The notes under the pieces were generated by a model. The model worked only from the letters and a program-made list of their open reading frames with translations, was not told where the DNA came from and did not search any database. Positions 1-8,894 of a stretch of 64,000 bases of DNA are shown here, piece after piece; position 1 is the stretch's first letter; each line of letters begins with the position of its first letter. Position numbers and translations under genes: made by a program. Source of the DNA: a virus; the IMG/VR virus record IMGVR_UViG_3300031257_000001, positions 1-64,000 of that record; one strand, 5' to 3'.

Positions 1-5
1 TCGCG

Positions 6-37
6 GGAGGGCGCCTCACAAGGGCGCCCTTCTTTTT
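6..37 (+). terminator. Intrinsic terminator of an upstream gene
   Basis: 11-bp GC stem GGAGGGCGCCT/GGGCGCCCTTC, loop CACAA, followed by TTTTT. Confidence 0.75.
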
Positions 38-72
38 GGCCCATCCAATTCAGCGTTAATCTCCACCAACTT

Positions 73-132
73 AAAAAAAGTCCAACAGTGTCCAAAAAAG
101 TTCTTGCCTTGGAAGCCAAGACGGACTATGTT
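73..132 (+). promoter_or_regulatory. Sigma70-type early promoter P1
   Basis: TTGCCT (104-109), 17-nt spacer, TATGTT (127-132); two upstream A-tracts (73-79, 94-99); the same architecture recurs at 2120-2178. Confidence 0.75.
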
Positions 133-177
133 ACCTTTAGGCGCGGGACACAACACCCCGAAACCGGAGATCAGCAC

Positions 178-1236
178 ATGACCAAGAATACCGAGATCAT
201 CACCAGCAAGACCGAAAGTGCACGGCCAGAGTCGGCTCGCAAGGCAGACGAAATGGCGCTGACCGCACACAAAGCCACAATCGGCGGCAAGGTTTCCAAG
301 ACCACCGTGGACGCAGCAGCGGCCACTCGGAAGGGCGCCCTCAAGCTCACCCCGGCGCGGCTCGCCATGCTGGGGATGGTCCGTGACGCTTCCACGCCAC
401 CCATCGTGAGCATGCGTACCAGCATCGAGGCGAACACCCTCCACGCTCCCACCGCGGAGCGCCTGGCGTTGCTCGGCCTCCTGGCGATTGCAGCGCTGGG
501 AAGCGACCGCGTTGCCAGCCTCACCAAAGACGGTGCAGGCGCGCTCAACGGGGCCCCCGTAGCAGCGCCAGCCACCCCCAAGAAGGTGGCTGCCAAGAAG
601 CCCGAGACCAAGGACGCTTCCGCCGTGCCAGTGCCAGAAGGCAGGTATGTGGAGATTGTCTCCATCTCTGACATGAAGGTGGTGAAGCGCATGGGCCCCC
701 ATAGCGAGCGGAAAGCCAACAAGGTCGCCTCTGGGGTCGAGATCAACTTGAATCACGATGAGTTTTGCGTGCGCGTCGTGGGCGCCGATGAGATCACGGG
801 CGATCCGGAGCCAGCACCCAAGGCCGAGACGGTGACGGCCGTGAAGGACGAACCCAAGAAGGAAGTTGCCAAGAGGCAGCCGGACGCAGGTCCCAAGACG
901 CCGGGTGAGATTGCTGAAGAGCACGATGTCATCGCGCGGCGGCATCCGCCGCTCGCGCCGCTCCCGGAAGCCATCGACCTCCGCGGCAAGGACAGGCGGA
1001 TCAACCCGAACCATCTCATTGTCTTCTTGGCGGCCCGAGGCGTTACCCCTACATTCAAAGAGGCTGTTGGTGCCAAGAAACTCATCGCACAATTTGCGCT
1101 TCCGCCTGGACGAATGGGGCCAAGATTGACAATGGATTTCATTGTCAATCTTCAAGCGGCCGGCTGTTCTGTGAATGTGCTTTTGGATACCATTGAGATC
1201 ACCAACATCAGATACAACAAGACGCTGTCCGGGTGA
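178..1236 (+). CDS. Hypothetical early protein, Ala/Lys/Pro-rich
   Basis: ATG at 178 preceded by GGAGATCAGCAC and located just downstream of P1. Confidence 0.7.
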   Translation: MTKNTEIITSKTESARPESARKADEMALTAHKATIGGKVSKTTVDAAAATRKGALKLTPARLAMLGMVRDASTPPIVSMRTSIEANTLHAPTAERLALLGLLAIAALGSDRVASLTKDGAGALNGAPVAAPATPKKVAAKKPETKDASAVPVPEGRYVEIVSISDMKVVKRMGPHSERKANKVASGVEINLNHDEFCVRVVGADEITGDPEPAPKAETVTAVKDEPKKEVAKRQPDAGPKTPGEIAEEHDVIARRHPPLAPLPEAIDLRGKDRRINPNHLIVFLAARGVTPTFKEAVGAKKLIAQFALPPGRMGPRLTMDFIVNLQAAGCSVNVLLDTIEITNIRYNKTLSG

Positions 1237-1556
1237 ACACCTCCGGTCCGTCAGCGCCACATGGCCCGGGCTCTGTATGGGGCCGGGTCGTTGCGCTTCT
1301 AAGGTGGCACCTCATGGCAAGGAAGATTGAGAGCAAGCTCCGCCCTGTCTCTGATCATCTGGAGTATGGCGCATATCGTGGGTGCCTGGACGTGGATTGG
1401 ACGCTCGTTGTCGGCCCGAGGGGCCATCACGTGGAGATGTTTGGAACTTGGTGCGTCCGATGTATGCAAAGTTATGGATGGCATCATGACTTGACCTATG
1501 TGAGGAAGATGCACCGTGCCTTCAAAAAACTTGGTTGCCCCAAGTGTCGCAAGTAG
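1233..1556 (+). CDS. Hypothetical protein with CxxC pairs
   Basis: GTGA overlap with the previous stop; CVRC and CPKC. Confidence 0.45.
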   Translation: MNTSGPSAPHGPGSVWGRVVALLRWHLMARKIESKLRPVSDHLEYGAYRGCLDVDWTLVVGPRGHHVEMFGTWCVRCMQSYGWHHDLTYVRKMHRAFKKLGCPKCRK

Positions 1557-1569
1557 AATCTGGAGAATT

Positions 1570-2175
1570 ATGGTACTAGAGCAGAAGATCCTGTACGTTC
1601 TGATGGGTCTCACACCTTGGAATGGAGATGTCAACGACACCGAGGCGGAGCGCCGGGCGCTTCTCCAGCCGATTGCTGCTGACATAGCTTTCGCCGCCAC
1701 AGAGAAGTCAGACGGATTGGGAGCGGTTCTCAAGGCTTCAGCAGTGTTGGCAGTGGGCGACCACGAGAGTCACTGGGCACGCTACGTCATCGAGGGAAGG
1801 TGCGATGAAGGGCCTGTGGGCGCTCGGTGCGATGAGGGCCTGGCTCGCGGACCGTTCCAGCAGCACGCATCGGCGTGTCCTCGTGCCTACAGGCATCCGG
1901 AGGCCAGTCGTGAGTCGCTCCGTGAGGAAGCGCGATGTGCCGTCCGTCTGTTGACAGGGGCCCTCCGGCGTTGTCGCGGTCGGCACCCCGCCGGGAATTG
2001 GGCCGGGGCGTTCAGCGGATACCGCAGCGCGTCATGTGCGTGGAAGCCGGCGGCCCGTCGCCAAAAGACTCTGTGGGCGATGCACCGGAAGCTCCTGTCT
2101 GTTCCGCTTCCACCATCTGAAAAAAACGATGGTGAGGACAAAAAAGTTCTTGCCTGGTGGATGGCTCCGAGCTAA
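1570..2175 (+). CDS. Putative lysozyme-fold/SLT lytic transglycosylase-like protein
   Basis: GGAGA RBS; helix ending in HES (catalytic Glu-Ser), ARGPFQ (GLxQ-like), AFSGY (AYN-like). Confidence 0.5.
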   Translation: MVLEQKILYVLMGLTPWNGDVNDTEAERRALLQPIAADIAFAATEKSDGLGAVLKASAVLAVGDHESHWARYVIEGRCDEGPVGARCDEGLARGPFQQHASACPRAYRHPEASRESLREEARCAVRLLTGALRRCRGRHPAGNWAGAFSGYRSASCAWKPAARRQKTLWAMHRKLLSVPLPPSEKNDGEDKKVLAWWMAPS

Positions 2176-2178
2176 GGT
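2120..2178 (+). promoter_or_regulatory. Sigma70-type early promoter P2
   Basis: AAAAAAGTTCTTGCCT identical to P1; TTGCCT (2150-2155), 17 nt, TAAGGT (2173-2178); followed by AGGCGCGG as in P1. Confidence 0.75.
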
Positions 2179-2220
2179 TACTTATCAGGCGCGGCGAGCG
2201 CCTTAACCTGGAGATCAGCC

Positions 2221-2574
2221 ATGACGACAACCGAGATCACCCGCGAAGAACGAGACATCATCCGCAACGAGGAAAAGGCGCTGCGCAAGCTCAACAGCTG
2301 CCAACTTCGGATGTCGGCCAAACAGTCCGTCAGCTTGCAAGATAGCAGCAGGATGACTCGCCCCAGCCTCATCCTACACATCCTCCGCAACAAGTTCGGC
2401 GCCGGCGCTGTCGAGGCTGCCTACAGGAAGTTCACCCCGCAAGAGATGGCTTTCCGCGCCGACAATGGCGACTGGAAGCGCCGGATCGTCAAGACTGAGA
2501 GCGCTTTCGACCGACTGGCCGACAAGCTCAATGACGACGTTCGTGAGTGGCACGCCCGCGACGCAGAGTGGTGA
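2221..2574 (+). CDS. Hypothetical early protein
   Basis: GGAGATCAGCC-ATG downstream of P2. Confidence 0.75.
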   Translation: MTTTEITREERDIIRNEEKALRKLNSCQLRMSAKQSVSLQDSSRMTRPSLILHILRNKFGAGAVEAAYRKFTPQEMAFRADNGDWKRRIVKTESAFDRLADKLNDDVREWHARDAEW

Positions 2575-2667
2575 GAACATCGGTTCCAGCCTCGCCCGGA
2601 CCTCGCAGGAGGCCGGGAACGAGGCATTAGAAGGGCCCGGCGAGGGGCCACAACCTGGAGATCGGCC

Positions 2668-3270
2668 ATGCCAATTGAACGACACCAGATCGCCACGACC
2701 GACCCGCAGACCATCGAACGATTCGCCAAGGGCGGGAACGCCATCATCACCGTCGTGTCCATGCGCTCCGGGAGCCGGATGACCTACCGCGTGGCCAAGC
2801 TGGATCGAATCTTCGCCATCAAGGTGCTCAGCGGCCCTGACAACAGCGACCCGAAGCTGTACCAGTACATCGGCAAGGCGTACCTGGACAGACAGGATCG
2901 TTTCGTCCACGGAGGTCCCAAGGCGAGGGCCGGCGTTGACGCACCGAGCGTTCAACTGTTCACGTGGTTCTGGCGGAATCTTCATGCGGCGCTCCGCGGG
3001 ACCTCCAACACGCTCGACCAGTGCGAGGTTTGGCACGAGGGGCGTTGTGGCAAGTGCGGGCACCGCCTCACGGTCCCTGAGAGCCTTGCCACAGGACTGG
3101 GGCCAGAGTGTTCCAAGGTGCTTGGCGTGGTCCGTCCCAGGGTAGCGTCCAGGCGGAACGCCAAGCGTGGCAAGGTCGCACAGCCTCGTGTCACGACGGC
3201 CGACGATCGGCACCTTGGTCTTGACGACTCAGAGCATGAGATGCAACGGATTGAAGCGGAGGGCGACTGA
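2668..3270 (+). CDS. DUF6011-like zinc-finger protein
   Basis: CGKCGHRLTVPESLATGLGPEC; RBS GGAGATCGGCC-ATG. Confidence 0.75.
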   Translation: MPIERHQIATTDPQTIERFAKGGNAIITVVSMRSGSRMTYRVAKLDRIFAIKVLSGPDNSDPKLYQYIGKAYLDRQDRFVHGGPKARAGVDAPSVQLFTWFWRNLHAALRGTSNTLDQCEVWHEGRCGKCGHRLTVPESLATGLGPECSKVLGVVRPRVASRRNAKRGKVAQPRVTTADDRHLGLDDSEHEMQRIEAEGD

Positions 3271-3466
3271 GCCCAGACCATCCGCGACGAAACCAACAAG
3301 ATGGCAGCACAAGCGGCCATGGAGGACGGCCCCGGCTTGCTCGTGGCGTTGCGTCAGCGGTTCGGCACCTGATTCATTAAGGGGTGGGGAGGATCGGTAG
3401 AGTGACGCCGGACACCACCGCAATGATGAAGGCGACCAACCAGACTAGCGAATCCTGTGTGGCGAC

Positions 3467-4570
3467 GTGAAGTTGGATGAGCTCAGAGCGCGGTTTCAGG
3501 GGCTGCCAAAGGAGCCCGCCCGACCTCCGGCGGTGACTGGGTCAGAATCTGTTGGTTTGGAGGCGTTCATGTTTCCGGATCCGGTTGACAGTGGGTTGAT
3601 TCGGGTCACAACATCACTTGAATCCCTCCGGAGGGCGACTGAAACGGGCGTCACACCTATCGAATGGTGCCGTGCCTTCGAGATGGCAGGATGGTCGGCT
3701 GATTCCACGATCCGTGATGTGAAGCAAGATTGGGACATGTTCACAGATGAGACCCACATCGGGGTCACGGTCGGCGCTCCCGGGGTGGATTCATACACAT
3801 GTCGAGTCTCCATCTCGGGGCACGGATTGGTTGACGCATCTGGCGTGATCGTGTTCGGTCTCCCGCCGATCTCAGCGATTGGCATGGAATTGGGGAAAGA
3901 TGTGACGGGACGATCCACGTTCCGTCCGGCGGCGGCACGGCCCCGGGCGAGGATTGAGGCGGAGGCAGAACCAGCGGTGGTGGCCTTGGGTGAAGAGCCA
4001 CCGAGGGGGAAGCTGCTAGCAGGGCGACACTTCATTATCACCGGCGTGCTGTCTCGCAAGCATGACGAGGTGTCCGCGGATCTCGTGTCCATGGGAGCCG
4101 GCGTGCACCAGAGCGTGCCAGCGGCTGTCAGGGCGGCAGTTTCCAAGTTGTGGGTCAATGTGGTCGCTGGCGACAGGCCAGGTTCCAAGCTCAAGGAAGC
4201 ACGGACGGCCGGGTTGAAGATCATCACAGAGGATGGGCTTCAGGCTGAGATCGACAAGGCCATGGCGGGGCGAGGATTGAGGACACTGGAAGGGCTCGCG
4301 CTTCACGAGAGGGTCGGATTGAAGGAGCACGCCGAAGCCATCTGCCGTGCCATCGTCCAAGAAGCTGTTGCCACCCGTGGCTGGACGGAGGGCCACGTTG
4401 AAGGGCGTATCGTGGACTCCACAGCATCGCTTGTCAGGATCATGATTGAGGAGCGAAGCGTCCAAGCGTATTGCATCGCGCAAATTCCACCTGGCGTTGT
4501 CGCCTCCAGCGCCACGATCCACGTGGAGATCCCACGTTTCCCTGACAAGGTTGAAAGTTGTGAAGCTTGA
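3467..4570 (+). CDS. Protein containing a LigA-type BRCT domain
   Basis: LAGRHFIITGVLSR...VVAGDRPGSKLKEARTAGLKIITEDGL matches the BRCT of NAD-dependent ligases; no ligase core. Confidence 0.7.
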   Translation: MKLDELRARFQGLPKEPARPPAVTGSESVGLEAFMFPDPVDSGLIRVTTSLESLRRATETGVTPIEWCRAFEMAGWSADSTIRDVKQDWDMFTDETHIGVTVGAPGVDSYTCRVSISGHGLVDASGVIVFGLPPISAIGMELGKDVTGRSTFRPAAARPRARIEAEAEPAVVALGEEPPRGKLLAGRHFIITGVLSRKHDEVSADLVSMGAGVHQSVPAAVRAAVSKLWVNVVAGDRPGSKLKEARTAGLKIITEDGLQAEIDKAMAGRGLRTLEGLALHERVGLKEHAEAICRAIVQEAVATRGWTEGHVEGRIVDSTASLVRIMIEERSVQAYCIAQIPPGVVASSATIHVEIPRFPDKVESCEA

Positions 4571-4892
4571 TGAGATCAGAGCGAGACTTCGGGCTGGCGG
4601 CGACATCCGCACCAACACATCAGTTTGCCACGAGGTGCGCGTGATTGACCTGTCCATACCCGACTCCAGGCTTGCTATCAAGAACATGCTAGAGCAGAGT
4701 CTTGACATGCTAGGATGGGAGGATCCAGATGTGGTGGAGATGCCAGAACCTTGGCAAAGCGGGAAGCTCAGTTGGTGTGTGGAATATGGTGATGCGCAAA
4801 AGGGGCCTCGGGAACGCACACAGTTGAAAGCGGTTCGCATCCCCGGCGATGACATGATGGAGTTCCACATCACGAGAGGTGAAGGACTGTGA
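4560..4892 (+). CDS. Hypothetical protein
   Basis: Overlaps the previous stop; N-terminus KLDEIRARL resembles KLDELRARF of the upstream gene. Confidence 0.55.
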   Translation: MKLDEIRARLRAGGDIRTNTSVCHEVRVIDLSIPDSRLAIKNMLEQSLDMLGWEDPDVVEMPEPWQSGKLSWCVEYGDAQKGPRERTQLKAVRIPGDDMMEFHITRGEGL

Positions 4893-5434
4893 CGAAGCGA
4901 AAGCAAGAAGAATGGGAACGGCTTGGGATGAAGCAGGAGGATCTGGCTCTGTGCCTTTCTCATGGAATCGAACCCACTGACTTGCTGGACTTCTGTCGGA
5001 TTCGCAACATCAGCCACCATCAGGCGATACTCGATGGCAAATATTGGAAGATCTGGAAGCGTGGCAACCAGGAGGGGACTGTGCGAGTATGGGCCCAAAC
5101 TGCCTACGAGGCGTGGAGTGTGGCGGCCGGCCGCCTTGGTCCGGAGGTCGGATTTGCTTCATGTGCTTTCGAGACAGATGGGAAGGTGACGGGGAACGAG
5201 CCGTTGTCAGGACCAGACCCGAAGCCAACAGACGGGCAACGCCTGTTCATCTACCATGCTACGAAAGGCCCGGTGGAGGCCAAACGACAACCAGACCGCA
5301 CCAAGCTACGACAACTTGGTCCAATTAACACATCAGGCGTTGGGCGTTTCATGCTTTATGGGGAAAAGCTGGACAGCGGCAAGCAGATAACGTGGGCCGT
5401 CAAGATCAAGGACAAGGACGATGAAAAGCATTGA
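4889..5434 (+). CDS. Hypothetical protein
   Basis: GTGA coupling, RBS GAAGGA. Confidence 0.6.
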   Translation: MTKRKQEEWERLGMKQEDLALCLSHGIEPTDLLDFCRIRNISHHQAILDGKYWKIWKRGNQEGTVRVWAQTAYEAWSVAAGRLGPEVGFASCAFETDGKVTGNEPLSGPDPKPTDGQRLFIYHATKGPVEAKRQPDRTKLRQLGPINTSGVGRFMLYGEKLDSGKQITWAVKIKDKDDEKH

Positions 5435-5960
5435 GAAGCTGGTCATTGAAGCAGCAATCGCGTGGTGGGAAGGGAAGCGCCCTTGTTCATTCACGTTGGA
5501 AGAACACCTGGAAAACCCGACGATCAACGTCGGCAAGAGCACACTCGCCCGGGAGCTGGCGGCGGCAGTCGGGGCTCTCCTTCATAAGCGCGCCAAGCGA
5601 CCTCCGCAGTACGACAGCGACGGCATGCACCTGGCAGTCCAGCACGACGGCCTTGAATCCTACATCGCTTGGTGGGCTGATGACACTGGCGAGGGGATGC
5701 AAGTCGGGCAAGAGGGCGACCTGGTAAAACGGGATAGGGAATTGGCGATCGTTCATGACGTGATGGAGTCGTTTGCAAAGGCGAACGACATGGAGCGCGA
5801 CTCGCGTGCAAGCACATGGAAGTTCAGCTCCGAGGCCAAGGCCCGGGCGGCCATGCGACAGCTGAACACAGCGCTGTCGCTAGCTTCCAACCCTCTGCCA
5901 CGCTGGGCATCAGTCGCGCTGAAGGAGGGTTGGGTGCCTCCGGAAGGATGGGAGCCGTGA
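5421..5960 (+). CDS. Hypothetical protein
   Basis: Coupled ORF, RBS AAGGA. Confidence 0.6.
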   Translation: MKSIEKLVIEAAIAWWEGKRPCSFTLEEHLENPTINVGKSTLARELAAAVGALLHKRAKRPPQYDSDGMHLAVQHDGLESYIAWWADDTGEGMQVGQEGDLVKRDRELAIVHDVMESFAKANDMERDSRASTWKFSSEAKARAAMRQLNTALSLASNPLPRWASVALKEGWVPPEGWEP

Positions 5961-6241
5961 GCAAGGTGGAGCTACACTCAGCAATAACGGGTCCGGTCAC
6001 CGAGATAGGCCGGATGGAGATCAGCAACGACGGCACGAGCCGCCACCCTGCTTGTCAAACGTTAAGAACGCGTAGGTTGGGCCATCGACGCAAGAGCCAG
6101 ACCATTTGGCAGCTGCTGCAAAAGGCGATAGCCTCGGTGACGTGGGATTCATCGACTGGATTTGCCTCGGCATCTACATTTGTTTTGTCATTGTGGAGAT
6201 AGCAATGAGGAACAGGGAAAGCCGAAAGGGCGAGACGGGCC

Positions 6242-6625
6242 ATGAGGCACACGTACACATTGGCGACGCTTGAAGTCAGCAACGTAGTATACCAAGAGGT
6301 CAAGTGTCTGGTTGAAGAGGCAGGCCAGGGTCCGGACCGCTTCATGGATGGCGCCCTTATCGACATGAGCGGAATCGCTCTGTCCGACCGAGGCAAAGCA
6401 GCGTACAGGGTCGTCTGGAAGCCGGACGGAGACTTCAGTGAGATGGCTGTCAACGAGGACGGCGCCATGCTAGGTCGGGTGAACTGGGGAGCGGACGGCC
6501 GCGCCACACCGTTGCTCGTGGATGGGGACCTCAACTGGTGGACAGCCCCGGAGCGTGGGACGCCGGCCGAGGCAAAGCAGGTCGTGGAGCGAGCGATCTT
6601 GCTGTTTGGAATTCGACATGCCTGA
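6242..6625 (+). CDS. Hypothetical protein
   Basis: ORF with phage-like codon usage. Confidence 0.55.
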   Translation: MRHTYTLATLEVSNVVYQEVKCLVEEAGQGPDRFMDGALIDMSGIALSDRGKAAYRVVWKPDGDFSEMAVNEDGAMLGRVNWGADGRATPLLVDGDLNWWTAPERGTPAEAKQVVERAILLFGIRHA

Positions 6626-6718
6626 CGTTGTGAAGGACGACCAAACCCCGAAAGGGCAAACAGCCACCATCCACATCGAGGCAACCGACCTGTCCTGATT
6701 GCCTCGTTCCAAAGCCTA

Positions 6719-6973
6719 ATGGATGAGCAGGCCTCGGTCGTGCGCTGTTGCAGTTGCGGCAAGACGGGCTGGGCGCCTCATACCTGCGAGGGGTGCGGGA
6801 CGGCAGCCTGCTCGGCCTGTGCGGGCTACTCTTGCGACCTGTGCGGTGTAGAGGTTTGTGACGGCTGTAGCACGGCAAGACCGGACGGCAAGTGGGGGAG
6901 CCTATGCCCTACCTGCTACAGGGGCCTGCTCCGCCAACAGCTCTTCATTCCAGAGCCTAATGGTAAGCGGTAA
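6719..6973 (+). CDS. Small Cys-rich multi-zinc-finger protein
   Basis: Six CxxC pairs in 84 aa. Confidence 0.55.
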   Translation: MDEQASVVRCCSCGKTGWAPHTCEGCGTAACSACAGYSCDLCGVEVCDGCSTARPDGKWGSLCPTCYRGLLRQQLFIPEPNGKR

Positions 6974-7483
6974 ACGTCCTGGAAGAGCCCCAGACAGCAA
7001 ACAAGCCAAGCCCAGCAGCCTTTGGCAGTTGGCATCGGCGCGGCCCCAGTAGGGCTTTGCAGCCTATATGACAAAGATTGTTAGACAAAAGCGGGATGTT
7101 TGTTGATTCGGCTTTGGTGCGATAGGCAACCAACCTGCCTTTGCAGCCTGCCCCATGGCTGTGAACAACATCACCAACCCCGAATCGGTAGGAATAGGAG
7201 CCGGGAGGTAGGGAGAGACGGCGCGTGGGAGCGCCTGTTGTGTTGTCCGTGTCGTTCCCCTTTAGTTCTACAGGGAGCGGTAGGGCGCCGTGCGCTTGTC
7301 TAGCAAGAAGGTGCTGCAAGGATAACCCTTTGTGGAGTCAGAGCGACTCGGCCCGGATTTGTTTTGTGTTGATCCTTTGCAGAGTGTGGCGTGGGCGTGT
7401 GACCCCCGCACACGTGTGCTCACAACACCAACAACAAGCTGCAATGCTGAGCAAGCTTGCGCCTACACCTCACAAGACCTCCG

Positions 7484-7567
7484 GCCTGCAGGGACCGTGG
7501 CGGAGCGCGGCGTGTGGCGTGGATGTTCCGAACTTTCGGCGGAGCAAGGAGCCTGCAGGGACCGTGG
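7484..7567. repeat. 17-bp direct repeat GCCTGCAGGGACCGTGG (7484-7500, 7551-7567)
   Basis: Two exact copies in a poorly coding region. Confidence 0.8.
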
Positions 7568-7931
7568 GTCAAAACCGGGGTGGCCCTCCACCTCTCAAAA
7601 CAACCCTCCCCCCCACTGCATGAATTTGCGCGGCCTGTGGGTCGGTTGTGGCAATGTGTGACTGCCTGCGGGTGCGCAAATCCTCGAAACCCCCAAATGC
7701 AAACTGCAAGAACAACCTGGTCAGGGGAACACCCACGCCACACGGCAAAACACAAGAACCAAGGCCACAAGGTCACAAGGATGGGAAGGTCCCATCCCAC
7801 AACTGTCCAACCGGCAAGAGGGACCCACACCCACGCCGTTTCATTTGCACCCCGGAGCCCGAGCTGTACCACCTCCCGATTCGCCAAGTTCGGATTCAGC
7901 CACGGAACACCAGACGCTGTACTAGTCGGGG

Positions 7932-8633
7932 ATGGCACGCAAGACGATGCCCCAGCACAGAGCGGACTGCCGTCTGCTAGGCAACGAGCCGTGGCCCGGG
8001 TATGAGGACTCTGTTGAGGTGAAGGCCGGTCGGGCCCATCGGGCGCTTGAGGAGCTGGGTGGCGCTTTTGCTGGGTGCACAACGGAGATGTTCGGTGGGC
8101 CAGACCGGAAGGTGTCGTTGGAGTATGTGGGGCGCACCGGTGAACGAAACGACACCACCCAAGAACACGATGGACCTTCCACCTGCGGGCCATCGCGTGC
8201 AAAGACATTCAAAGAGATTGGTGATGCCCTCGGGGTGACGGGCTCCCGAGCAGAGGAGATTTGCTCATCAGCGTTGCGGAAGCTGAGGCACAGGCTATCC
8301 CATCTTCAAGTTTGGGAGTGTGCGAAGTGCGGAGACTGTAGCGAGCTTCCCGGCTCGCTTCCCTACTGCAAGCGTTGCCGAGCGACGTTTGTCGACAGGC
8401 TGACGAAGGCTGTTGATCGCGTTGCGACTCGGGCCCACTTCAATCGGACGCGCTACACCGATGAGGAACAGGCTGTGTTCTGGGATGGCAGGAGGGCCGT
8501 TTGGAAAGCACTGGAAAATGGTCGCACGAGGGAAGCGTTGGAGATGGCGCGTGGAATGTTGAATGCTTCGAGAGCGGTGGAGTTGGCAGCCAGGAAGCGC
8601 CCGCCACTTTCATCTCCGCCGCAACTATGGTGA
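7932..8633 (+). CDS. Sigma70 region-4-like HTH protein with a C4 zinc ribbon
   Basis: TFKEIGDALGVTGSRAEEICSSALRKLR; CAKC...CKRC; start uncertain. Confidence 0.65.
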   Translation: MARKTMPQHRADCRLLGNEPWPGYEDSVEVKAGRAHRALEELGGAFAGCTTEMFGGPDRKVSLEYVGRTGERNDTTQEHDGPSTCGPSRAKTFKEIGDALGVTGSRAEEICSSALRKLRHRLSHLQVWECAKCGDCSELPGSLPYCKRCRATFVDRLTKAVDRVATRAHFNRTRYTDEEQAVFWDGRRAVWKALENGRTREALEMARGMLNASRAVELAARKRPPLSSPPQLW

Positions 8634-8639
8634 CAGGAG

Positions 8640-8894
8640 ATGGTGATGGCAAAAAGAAGAACACCCAGCCCACAGCATGGCATCCTGACGGCCGATGCCA
8701 TGTTCACCCCCTTGAGGGAACATGGCCTCAAGGTTATCATGCTCACTTACATCAAATACTTTGAGAATGTGCCTGTGGCGATTGCGGACTTGCTGGATGC
8801 GACCATGGGCGGGTCGTTGTCGCCGCCTGCGCAGAACGCATTCGTGCGCGTGCTGTCCGAAGCTACTTCGGGAACTGTGTCGGGAGCCATGTGA
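8640..8894 (+). CDS. Hypothetical protein
   Basis: RBS AGGAG; coupled to the next gene. Confidence 0.5.
   Translation: MVMAKRRTPSPQHGILTADAMFTPLREHGLKVIMLTYIKYFENVPVAIADLLDATMGGSLSPPAQNAFVRVLSEATSGTVSGAM

Noticed and set aside
40-135. Self-target of the array in the early promoter
   Set aside because: Only a few dinucleotides matched, in the rejected register; chance level. An exhaustive in-window search was not possible by eye.
88-177. GTG start at 88 for the first gene
   Set aside because: It overlaps promoter P1; ATG 178 has the RBS
3467-4570. NAD-dependent DNA ligase
   Set aside because: BRCT only; no KxDG adenylation domain
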